Both the position numbers and the translations under genes were made by a program. From Cellvibrionaceae bacterium (GTDB lineage: Bacteria > Pseudomonadota > Gammaproteobacteria > Pseudomonadales > Cellvibrionaceae), in assembly GCA_021151825.1 (NCBI GenBank), contig JAGKWQ010000014.1, positions 6,455 through 70,454 on the forward strand: 64,000 nucleotides of DNA, written 5' to 3'. This document shows positions 7,112-16,100 of the stretch, in pieces (the stretch's first letter is position 1; the number at the start of each line of letters is the position of its first letter). The notes under the pieces are model-generated. The model was not told the origin of the DNA. It saw nothing but the letters and a program-made list of their open reading frames with translations, and ran no database searches.

Positions 7112-8899
7112 ATGTTGAACATACAGTTGCCGCGCCCATGGCGATCAGCAATGAAATTGTTATTAACCGGTGCGTTACTCAGCTGTGCAAGCTGGAGTAG
7201 TGCTGCACCGAAAGCGTTATTGATTGGTATCGATGGCGCGCAGTACGAGCGTATCCAGGCACTCAATACGCCTAATTTTGATCGCTTGTATATCAACCGC
7301 GCTTACACCGGTGGTATTGCGGGTGAGTCCAGCCAGCAATCCACTTATAGCGGTCCGGGTTGGTCCACAATTCTCACGGGGAATTGGGTTCACAAACATC
7401 AAGTCACATCCAACAGCTCAGGTCTTGCCAATCCCGCTTACCCGAGTATTTTCAAGCGACTTAAGCAGGCCAACAGCAATTTGAAAGTGGCGAGTATTGT
7501 TAACTGGGCTCCCATCAACACCCAATTTTTTACCAACGATGTTGCGCTAATTAATAAAGTCCAAAGTGGTTTGAGTGATACCAATGTAGTTACCGAAGCA
7601 ATTTCATTTATGAACAGCGGCGGTGATTTTACGTTTGTGCATCTCGACGGCCCTGACCACGCCGGTCACAGCTACGGTTTTGGTAGCAGTTACGATGCAA
7701 GCATCATCACCGCTGATCAACAACTCGGGCAATTGCTCAATGCAGTTGAGCAATTAAAACTAACAACGGGTGATGATTGGTTGGTATTGGTGACTACCGA
7801 TCACGGCCGCGAAGCCACCGGTTTTAACCACGGCAATCAAACATTCAATGAAAAAACAATTTTTATTGCGAGCAATAAAATTCTCAATCAGGAATTCAGC
7901 CAACACGTCACTACATTGGCAAATACTGCATTCAATAATATTTACGGTTATGCCGCGCAAACATCAATTACGCCTACATTGCTGCGTCACATGGGCGTAG
8001 AGCCACAACGTACCTGGCAATTGGATGGTCTCCCATTAATTGGCAATCTCGGCGTGCGTAAAGTCATGGCGGGCACCAATACCGATATCGCCTGGTATAG
8101 CGATAGCACCGGCACTGTGGATATTTATCGCAATGGAACCTATGTGGATAGCGCGCTGGCAACCAGTCTGGGATGGAATGATCCTGCGGTTGTGCAAGGT
8201 GTGCCTGATTATTCATTGGTATTGAATAACACGCCGGTAAGTTATCGCGGCGCGTTATCGAATGTTGATATCACCGCTATCCTGAATTGGAGTACCAGCC
8301 GCGCGTATTTTTTCCGCAGCGATAATCGTTACGTGCGTTACAACAAAACTGCCGATCAAAGTGATAGTGGTTATCCAGCCGATGTTACCAACAGCAACTG
8401 GCCGGGCTTGGGTAATTATAAAAATTTAATCACTGCCAGTTTTAACGCGGAGAATGGAAAAAGTTATTTCTTTTTAAGTGATGGAAATTATATCCAGTAC
8501 GATAACGCCACCGACAAAGCCGACACCGGTTATCCCAAACCAACCAATAACACCAATTGGCCTGGCCTTGGTAATTACGCGCAAGATATTCGCGCAACCT
8601 TGCGTTGGACTGGCAACAAAGTGTTTTTCTTTTTCGCGAACGGAACCTATTCGCGCTACGACCTGGTGAATAACAGTGTGGATAGCGGTTATCCAAAACC
8701 GGTTAACAACAGCACTTGGCCGGGCCTCGGAAATTATGCGACAGAAATTACTGAAGCTGTTAAATGGAGCAATAGTCGAGCGTACTTTTTTCTGAGCAAT
8801 CAGCGCTATATTCGTTACAGCATTACCGCTGATTCAGTGGATGCAGGTTATCCAGCTACCGTTAATAATACGAGCTGGCCGGGATTGTTGAATCCTTAA
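7112..8899 (+). CDS. Secreted alkaline-phosphatase-superfamily (NPP/phosphodiesterase-type) hydrolase with C-terminal hemopexin-repeat domain
   Basis: GGAGG SD and signal peptide. Metal/catalytic motifs IGIDG, YSGPGWSTILTG, HLDGPDHAGH, TTDHG. Four C-terminal YFF..Y..Y...GYP...WPGL repeats. Confidence 0.88.
   Translation: MLNIQLPRPWRSAMKLLLTGALLSCASWSSAAPKALLIGIDGAQYERIQALNTPNFDRLYINRAYTGGIAGESSQQSTYSGPGWSTILTGNWVHKHQVTSNSSGLANPAYPSIFKRLKQANSNLKVASIVNWAPINTQFFTNDVALINKVQSGLSDTNVVTEAISFMNSGGDFTFVHLDGPDHAGHSYGFGSSYDASIITADQQLGQLLNAVEQLKLTTGDDWLVLVTTDHGREATGFNHGNQTFNEKTIFIASNKILNQEFSQHVTTLANTAFNNIYGYAAQTSITPTLLRHMGVEPQRTWQLDGLPLIGNLGVRKVMAGTNTDIAWYSDSTGTVDIYRNGTYVDSALATSLGWNDPAVVQGVPDYSLVLNNTPVSYRGALSNVDITAILNWSTSRAYFFRSDNRYVRYNKTADQSDSGYPADVTNSNWPGLGNYKNLITASFNAENGKSYFFLSDGNYIQYDNATDKADTGYPKPTNNTNWPGLGNYAQDIRATLRWTGNKVFFFFANGTYSRYDLVNNSVDSGYPKPVNNSTWPGLGNYATEITEAVKWSNSRAYFFLSNQRYIRYSITADSVDAGYPATVNNTSWPGLLNP
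8270..8896 (+). repeat. Four hemopexin-like protein repeats (~53 aa, beta-propeller blades)
   Basis: RAYFFRSDNRYVRY..DSGYP..NSNWPGL; KSYFFLSDGNYIQY..DTGYP..NTNWPGL; KVFFFFANGTYSRY..DSGYP..NSTWPGL; RAYFFLSNQRYIRY..DAGYP..NTSWPGL. Confidence 0.9.
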
Positions 8900-8905
8900 T
8901 TACTC

Positions 8906-8937
8906 ATCCCCCGCGCAAGCCAAAATGCGCGGGGGAT
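8906..8937 (+). terminator. Intrinsic terminator-like hairpin after the hydrolase
   Basis: Perfect 12-bp stem ATCCCCCGCGCA / TGCGCGGGGGAT with an 8-nt loop, followed by TATTATT. Confidence 0.8.
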
Positions 8938-9053
8938 TATTATTAACTTTAAAATCTTAAGAAATTTACTCCTTAATTTTTCCAACGAATTTTACTAATA
9001 AATTTAATTTATCAAATTTTGCCTGGCCGATGTATGGATCGTTATCTATAGCG

Positions 9054-9068
9054 TACCCCATAGGGGTA
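9054..9068. promoter_or_regulatory. Palindrome resembling a CsoR/RcnR/FrmR-family operator
   Basis: TACCCC-ATA-GGGGTA perfect inverted repeat in a very AT-rich spacer. No cognate regulator gene in the window. Confidence 0.4.
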
Positions 9069-9366
9069 TGGTTAATTTATTCTTTAACACAAAAATAAAA
9101 TTTATTCATATATGAAATAGATGTTTTATTATTTATCGATAAATAAATTAAAAATTTATTAAAAAAATTGAAACATTTGGTGGGTAATATGATTGTAACA
9201 GTCAAGGAGCGATGATAGGATCTAACGTTCATGGAGTGGGAATTAAATAGTCAAGGCAGGGTAGTTCATAATTTTTGCTGAATTTCAGCATTGCTGTATC
9301 GTCTGCTCCCTGCTTTTTCTGGTATTCCTTCCTAAAATATACTTATAAATTTTTCCATTTAAGTTT

Positions 9367-9396
9367 TATATCAGTCCATTGGTTTTGACTGATATA
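9367..9396. other. Inverted repeat in the BGC leader region
   Basis: TATATCAGTC-N10-GACTGATATA perfect 10-bp stem. A second palindrome TGCTGAA-T-TTCAGCA lies near 9277-9291. Confidence 0.45.
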
Positions 9397-9632
9397 TGTG
9401 TTTTTCTAATTTTATATTTATTTTCCGACTCTGTTTTCGGATGGGTTTTTATTGCCTTTTTTCAAGGTCGATGTATTTAAACTTTAGGTTGGGGGCGCGT
9501 TATTTAATGGTAGTTCACTTACCTTAAATATCCAGTGTCCAGCCGATGAATTAAACGTATTTAATTTATTTTCCTTGAAAATTTACTGTATTTTTTCAGG
9601 GGCTAATTACTTAATTTTTTTGGATAGGGATC

Positions 9633-10475
9633 ATGAAGGTAGCAGTTATTGGTGCGGGCATCATGGGCGTTGATCTTGCCTTGGCATTGGTTGCTGCAGG
9701 GCATAAAGTCTTGCTCAAGGATATACATCAAGATGCGCTTGATTTTGCAAAACAAGCTATACCGCAAAAATTGCGTGGTTATAAGATGCTGAATCCCGCA
9801 CTCAGGAATGTGAGTGTCGAAAGTGTTTTTGAATCAATTCACTTTGTGTTGACCTATGCAGGAATGGATCAGGTTGATTGGGTTGTTGAAAATATCCCTG
9901 AAGATGTTGAACTGAAAAAAAAGGTGTATCAGGAATTGGCTTCCGCTTGCAATAGCTCTGTTTATTACGGAGTTAATACAAGTTGTATATCGATCACAAA
10001 GATTGCCGCCGTTACACCGGATCCATCGCGGGTAATTGGAATGCATTTTATGAACCCTGTGCCAATCAAAACCGGGGTTGAAGCCATACGCGGCTACCAT
10101 ACATCCGAAGAGACTATAGACGCAGCAAAACAATTTCTTAAGTCAATGAATAAACAAATGATTTTGGTAAACGATTACCCCGGGTTTGTTGCCAATCGTT
10201 TATCGCATTTATTTATGAATGAAGCAGCATTTCTGGTTCAGGATCGGGTTGCAGACCCGGCGGCAATTGATGCAATTTTCAAGGAAGGTTATGGGCATAG
10301 TATGGGGCCATTGGAGACGGCTGACTTGATCGGATTGGATACTGTAGTGCTATCTCTGAAAGTACTTTATGAAAACTATCAAGATACTAAATTCAGATGT
10401 TGCCCATTACTACAAAAAATGGTGGATGCAGGCGATCTGGGTAGAAAGAGTGGTAAAGGATTTTACGTCTATTAA
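9633..10475 (+). CDS. 3-hydroxyacyl-CoA dehydrogenase-like (FkbK/ZmaG/XcnB-type, glyceryl-ACP dehydrogenase)
   Basis: GAGIMG, VVENIPE, NTSCISIT, GMHFMNPVP, PGFVANRL, GPLETADLIGLD. First gene of the FkbH cassette. Confidence 0.9.
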   Translation: MKVAVIGAGIMGVDLALALVAAGHKVLLKDIHQDALDFAKQAIPQKLRGYKMLNPALRNVSVESVFESIHFVLTYAGMDQVDWVVENIPEDVELKKKVYQELASACNSSVYYGVNTSCISITKIAAVTPDPSRVIGMHFMNPVPIKTGVEAIRGYHTSEETIDAAKQFLKSMNKQMILVNDYPGFVANRLSHLFMNEAAFLVQDRVADPAAIDAIFKEGYGHSMGPLETADLIGLDTVVLSLKVLYENYQDTKFRCCPLLQKMVDAGDLGRKSGKGFYVY

Positions 10476-10483
10476 TTTGGGGA

Positions 10484-11569
10484 ATGACGATGCTGACGAT
10501 CGATAAAGAAAGGATTTATCCTGCTTCATCCAACAATCAAAAGCTGCAGCCGATTAAATGTGTTGTATGGGACTTGGATAATACCGTATGGCACGGCGTA
10601 TTAGCAGAAAATGATGAGCTTGTTTTGAAGGATGGTGTTGTCGATATTATTGCGGCCCTTGATAAAAAAGGTGTACTTCAGTCCATTGCCAGCAAGAATA
10701 ATTATGATGATGCAGTCAATAAGCTGGAGCAATTCGGGCTGCTTGATTACTTTCTTTACCCTCAAATCAATTGGAATGCAAAGTCATCTTCCGTTGAGCT
10801 GATTTGTAAAAGTTTGAATATTGGTATCGATACATTCCTGTTTATTGACGATCAACCTTTTGAGCTTGAGGAAGTAAAGCTCGCTCATCCACACGTAGAA
10901 ATTTTTGATGCTGCCGACTACCAATCGCTGATGGAGTTTACCCGTATAGATTCTATTGCAGTAGCTGATGACGCAGCTATGCGCAGGGTTCGCTACCAGG
11001 AAGATATGAAGCGGCATCGTAGTGAGGAAGAGTTTGTAGGAACGCCAGAGGCTTTTCTCGCTTCTTTAAATATGGTTTTTACCATTTCAAAAGCATCCCC
11101 CGAGGACTTACTTAGGGCGGAAGAACTGACGGTTAGAACCAATCAACTGAATTCAACGGGTATTACTTACAGTGCAGACGAATTATTTGAATTCATGCAT
11201 TCAGATAAACATGAATTATTAATTTGTGAGTTGACTGATAAGTATGGCTCATATGGAAAAATTGGCCTGACACTAATAGAAAAATGTGAGTCCGTTGATG
11301 TAGTTAAGTTATTACTGATGTCGTGTCGTACAGCTGCTCGTGGAGTAGGTAGTGTATTACTCAGCTATTTAATGCGGCAGGCAAAATCACGCGGTAACTC
11401 GTTGCACGCAGAATTCAGAAGGACGGATCGTAATCGGCAAATGCTGGTTACCTATCAATTTTCAGGTTTCGTAGAACAAAGTCGAGATGCCGAAGGGAAC
11501 ATTTTATTTGAGCACAACCTAGCTGATATCCAGGAATATCCTGATTATATAAAAGTTTTTCATCCGTAA
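10484..11569 (+). CDS. fkbH: FkbH-like glyceryl transferase/phosphatase (HAD-IIIC)
   Basis: VWDLDNTVWHG, SIASKNN, YPQINWNAKS, FIDDQPFE, RTNQLNSTG, DKYGSYGKIG, LLMSCR. Confidence 0.93.
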   Translation: MTMLTIDKERIYPASSNNQKLQPIKCVVWDLDNTVWHGVLAENDELVLKDGVVDIIAALDKKGVLQSIASKNNYDDAVNKLEQFGLLDYFLYPQINWNAKSSSVELICKSLNIGIDTFLFIDDQPFELEEVKLAHPHVEIFDAADYQSLMEFTRIDSIAVADDAAMRRVRYQEDMKRHRSEEEFVGTPEAFLASLNMVFTISKASPEDLLRAEELTVRTNQLNSTGITYSADELFEFMHSDKHELLICELTDKYGSYGKIGLTLIEKCESVDVVKLLLMSCRTAARGVGSVLLSYLMRQAKSRGNSLHAEFRRTDRNRQMLVTYQFSGFVEQSRDAEGNILFEHNLADIQEYPDYIKVFHP

Positions 11570-11609
11570 ATTGTCATTTTAAATAGTTATTGTTAGGGAA
11601 AGGAATTTT

Positions 11610-11876
11610 ATGCGCTATTCAGAACCACTAGTCCGCGAAAAAATTCGCCAATTTATCATTGCCAACATGAATAGCTTTGAAGAGATTGAGCTTTTAGATA
11701 GTGACAATATTTTTCAGAGCGGCTTTGTGAGTTCAATTTTTGCTATGCGTTTGCTCAATTTTATTGAGAAGGAATTTTCAGTACAAATTCCCGACGATGA
11801 TATTTTGCTTAAAAACTTCAGCTCTGTTGATGTGATGAACGAGATGGTTTCCCGTTTGCAATCTGAAACGGCTTAA
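11610..11876 (+). CDS. Stand-alone acyl carrier protein (FkbJ/ZmaD/XcnD-type)
   Basis: 88 aa acidic protein, DNIFQSGFVSSIFAMRL phosphopantetheine site, located between fkbH and the ACAD. Confidence 0.88.
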   Translation: MRYSEPLVREKIRQFIIANMNSFEEIELLDSDNIFQSGFVSSIFAMRLLNFIEKEFSVQIPDDDILLKNFSSVDVMNEMVSRLQSETA

Positions 11877-11890
11877 TAGCAGTGCACCCA

Positions 11891-13048
11891 ATGAACAATA
11901 AATCAGTACATCCATTAGTTGCGCAAGCAAAGGCATTTGTTGATACATCAATTCGTCCTTATGCGGGGCAGTTTGATGCGCAGGGAGAAGTCCCTCAAGA
12001 GATTGTCAGGGCAATGGCTGATAAAGGTTTTTTAGGTTCCATTTTGCCCATTGAATATGGCGGCTTGGGGCTTGATGCGTTGGCGTATGGTTATTTGACC
12101 GAAGAGCTTGGCAAAGGCTGTAACTCAGTTCGTACGTTGCTAACTGTACACACTAGCCTTGTGGGTGAAACGTTAGCCCGGTTAGGAACCGCATTCCATA
12201 AAGAACAGTATCTCACGGCGATTGCAAAGGGAGAAAAGATTGCATGTTTTGCACTCTCTGAGCCGGGAGTAGGAACAGATGCAACGGCGGTGCAAACATC
12301 CTATATCGAAGACGGTGATAACTTTGTTATCAATGGCCGAAAAAAATGGATTTCATATGCAGCAATTGCTGATGTTTTTTTGGTATTTGCGAGTGACGCC
12401 ACAGGAGCAGTCAGTGCTTTTTTAGTGGAGCGTGGTGACGGTGTTACTACTGTGCCAATGACAGGTATGTTGGCTAGCCGTGGCTCCCATATTGCAGAAG
12501 TTTTTTTTGACAATGTACGCGTACCTAAAAGGAATCTTGTTGGCCGTTTGGGAATGGGATTTAGCTTCGTAGCCAATACGGCTTTATTTTATGGTCGCTA
12601 TAGCATTGCCTGGGCGGGAGTTGCACTTGCGCATGCTGCAGTCGAAGAAATGGCAACTTATGCTCGTACCCGTGAACAGTTTGGAAAAAAAATAGGGCAG
12701 CATCAACTCGTTCAAGGATTGATTGCCGATGCAGTAACCTCACTGCACCTTGCCCGATCAACGTGTGAAAAGGTGGCCATGTTGCGCATTGCAGAAGATG
12801 ATGAAGCAATTATGGAAACTAATATTGCAAAATATTTTACGTCAAAAATTGCCATGGATATTACTACCAATGCGGTACAGGTTTTTGGCGGTAATGGATG
12901 TTGGAATATTTATCCGGTTGAAAGACTTTTCCGGGAAGCAAAAGTGCTGGAAATTATCGAGGGAACATCCCAGATACAACAGGTAATGATTGCTGAATAT
13001 GGAATTAAACGCTATTACCGCGCGCTATCTAAAGTTGAATACGCGTAA
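11891..13048 (+). CDS. Acyl-CoA dehydrogenase-like (FkbI/ZmaE/XcnE-type)
   Basis: FALSEPGVGTD, NGRKKWIS, REQFGKKIGQHQLVQ, AVQVFGGNG, EIIEGTSQIQ. ATG 11891 preferred over GTG 11882. Confidence 0.9.
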   Translation: MNNKSVHPLVAQAKAFVDTSIRPYAGQFDAQGEVPQEIVRAMADKGFLGSILPIEYGGLGLDALAYGYLTEELGKGCNSVRTLLTVHTSLVGETLARLGTAFHKEQYLTAIAKGEKIACFALSEPGVGTDATAVQTSYIEDGDNFVINGRKKWISYAAIADVFLVFASDATGAVSAFLVERGDGVTTVPMTGMLASRGSHIAEVFFDNVRVPKRNLVGRLGMGFSFVANTALFYGRYSIAWAGVALAHAAVEEMATYARTREQFGKKIGQHQLVQGLIADAVTSLHLARSTCEKVAMLRIAEDDEAIMETNIAKYFTSKIAMDITTNAVQVFGGNGCWNIYPVERLFREAKVLEIIEGTSQIQQVMIAEYGIKRYYRALSKVEYA

Positions 13049-13195
13049 CGAATCTCAAAACACAGTATCAATAAAAAGGGAATTTTGGTGTTAGCAAACG
13101 CAAGGAGGAAGTGCCTGACTTGAGGCATAAATTCCGTCCCTGTAGCCATTAGAAATCATTCAGGTTTTAGACGCAAAAACGGAATTGGTAGAATC

Positions 13196-16100
13196 ATGTT
13201 TACTACGCTCATTGATGCACTTATTGCTTGCAAAAAAACCGAAAAAGGCATTGTCTTCATCAAGAATACTGAAGAAGACGATTTTCTTTCTTATGCGGAT
13301 CTTTACAAAAGAGCAATTCATTTACTGGCTCATTTGCAGCATTCTGGCGTGCAATCAGGCGATGAGTTGGTGCTGCAATGTGCATCCTTACAAGAGCTTA
13401 TGGAAGGCTACTGGGCGTGTTTACTTGGGAAAATAGTGCCGGTGCCCCTGGCATTAGCAGATCAGGGTGAGAATGCCTTAAAAGTATTTAATGTGTGGTC
13501 GGCTTTACAAAAGCCATGGTTGTTGGCGGACACTCCCGCTGTATTGGAGAAGTTATCCAGTTTTGCCGGAAAGCATAATCTCGCTAACGAATTTATAGAA
13601 ATCTCTACAAAAACACTGTTGATTGAGCATTTTCCAGAGGATTCCGGAACACCGGAACTTCCCACAGTTACACAAGATGATATTGCTTTTATCCAATTCT
13701 CTTCCGGCTCTACAGGCGCGCCAAAAGGAGTTGTGCTTACCCACCATAATCTGCTGGTAAACATTCGCGATATCCTGGCATCCGTCCAACATACTGAATC
13801 TGATTCTTTCCTCAGCTGGAAGCCAATCTCCCATGATTTCGGCATGATTGCATTTCATTTGGCTCCTGTTGTTGGTGGTTCTACGCAATACCGTATTTCA
13901 ACTGACGCTTACATATGGTCGCCTTCTTTATGGTTCAGTTCGGTTAATAAATATCGAGCAACTATTTTGGGTTCCCCCAACTTTGGTTATCGTCATTTTT
14001 TAAATCTTTATCGCCGCGGAAACCCCGATGGATTTGTTTGGGACCTAAGTTGTGTAAAAGCCATATTTAATGGCGCTGAACCTATATCGGCCAAACTGTG
14101 TGACGAATTTTATCGTGAGCTTGCGCCTTATCAATTAAGTCAGAATGCGATGCGACCAGGATATGGTTTGGCCGAGGCATCGCTAATTGTTTCTTTGTGC
14201 AAGCCAACGGATCTGGTTCGTGAAATATCTATCTCAAGGCATCAGGTGTCGCAAGGGCAGGCGATTGAAATTGTGTCTCCAGATCATAAAGATGCCGTGC
14301 AGTTTGTTGATTGCGGTGTTCCTTATCCATCAACACAAGTTCGAATCACGAATAAAAACCGCAAGCCGGTTGCTGAAGGAATGGTTGGCAATGTTGAGAT
14401 CAAAGGAGAAAATGTCACCACGGGTTATTACGCTAACGAAAGTGCAACAAAAGAAGTGCTGGACAGCGACGGATGGTTAAATACCCAAGACCTTGGTTTT
14501 ATACATGAAGGCCGTTTATTCATCGTTGGTCGCACCAAAGAGATGATTATTATTGGTGGTGTAAATTATTTCCCTCATGATATAGAAAAAGCAATTTTAC
14601 ATGAGATGGGCGATGGCGATTTAAATCGTTTTATCGCGTGTGGAATTAAATCCGTTAAGACTGAAAGTGAACAGCTGGTTATTTTTGTTTATCACAAAAA
14701 AAGTAGCCAGGATTTTGCCCCATTGGTGGAGCAAGTTAAAAAAATTGTATTGGATTCCCTGAATCTCAGGGTTGCCCATGTTGTTCCCGTCAAGCGCATA
14801 CCAAAAACTACCAGTGGCAAAGTTAAACGTTTTGCGTTAGTGCAAGCTTTCAATGAAGGCGCCTACGATGCGGAGCTAGAAACACTAGGGCAGCCCCGTG
14901 AACAAATTATAAACCCGGCGATCAATGCAGAACCGCAAGCCGAAAATGAATCATTTCCAGCTATTAAATTGGCGGATATCCGTAAGCGCGTATGTGCGTT
15001 GGTTGCGGCACTCAGTGGTATTTCCAGCATTGACCCATCAGCCAGTTTTTTTGATTTGGGCCTGACCTCTTTGAAATTGGTGATATTGCAGGAGCAAATT
15101 GAGGAAAGTTTTGGTGTGCAACTCAGCAGCACATCTACGCTGGATAATCCCACGGCTGAATCTCTGACACAAAATATTTTTAATACACTGACAGCGAGAT
15201 CTGTTGATGTCACTCACCAGAAACCTGCAAATCACATTGCCAATAATGACGCAATTGCGATTATCGGTATGGCCTGTCGTTTTCCCGGTGAAACGAATAC
15301 TCCTGACGCATTCTGGCAATTATTAGCAAATAGTATTGATCCGGTTGCCGATATGCCCCTGGAGCGATGGCAAGATGACTTGCAAGCCCAGGTAAATGTG
15401 ACAACACGCAAAGGGGGTTTTCTTAAACAGGTTGATCAATTTGATCCCTATTTCTTTGGTATTTCTCCTATTGAAGCCGAATCACTTGATCCGCAACAAC
15501 GATTGTTATTGGAAGTTTGCCACGAAAGTTTTGAAAATTCCGGTTTGGATGTCCCGGCATTAATTGGCTCCAATACCGGTGTATTTCTAGGAATTTCCGG
15601 GAGCGAGTATGCAGCTGTTGCAAAAGAATATGGTCACGGAACGGGGCCTTATACATTTACCGGCTCAATGTTCAATACTGCTGCCGGCCGAATTTCTTAT
15701 GTTTACGGTTTGCAAGGCCCTTGTATAGCATCTGATACCGCATGTTCTTCTTCGTTAGTTGCGGTCCATCAAGCTTCGCGCGAATTGCGTTCGTTCTCTT
15801 GCGATATGGCGGTCGCTGCTGCAGTTAATTTAATGTTGAAACCTGATGGGCATATCAGTTTTTCAAAAATGAATGCATTGTCCGGTCAGGGCAAGTGTCG
15901 CAGTTTTGATGAAAATGCTGATGGATACATTCGCAGTGAAGGTTGTGCGGCAATTGTTATGAAACGCCTTGCAGATGCCGAGCGCGATGGTGACAACATT
16001 ATTGCCGTTATCCTTGGCTCTGCCGTTAATCATAACGGGCGCAGTGGTGGCCTCACTGTACCTAGCGGTAATGCCCAGGAAAAACTGGTGCGCAAAGCAT

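Noticed and set aside
9241-9270. ops/JUMPstart (RfaH) element or PvdS box (TAAAT-N16-CGT) in the BGC leader
   Set aside because: GGCAGGGTAG does not match GGCGGTAG, and the TAAAT sites checked are not followed by CGT at 16 nt.
11891-13048. Epoxyketone (EpnF/EpxF-type) warhead from ACAD plus a terminal cMT module
   Set aside because: The ACAD is a standard ~385-aa FkbI-type enzyme inside the FkbH cassette, and the last module lacks the TE that releases the beta-keto acid in those pathways.
9633-13048. Aminomalonyl- or methoxymalonyl-ACP as the extender
   Set aside because: There is no stand-alone Ser-activating A domain (ZmaJ/ClbH-type) and no FkbG-type O-methyltransferase. The embedded MT has cMT motifs. 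Not fully excluded.
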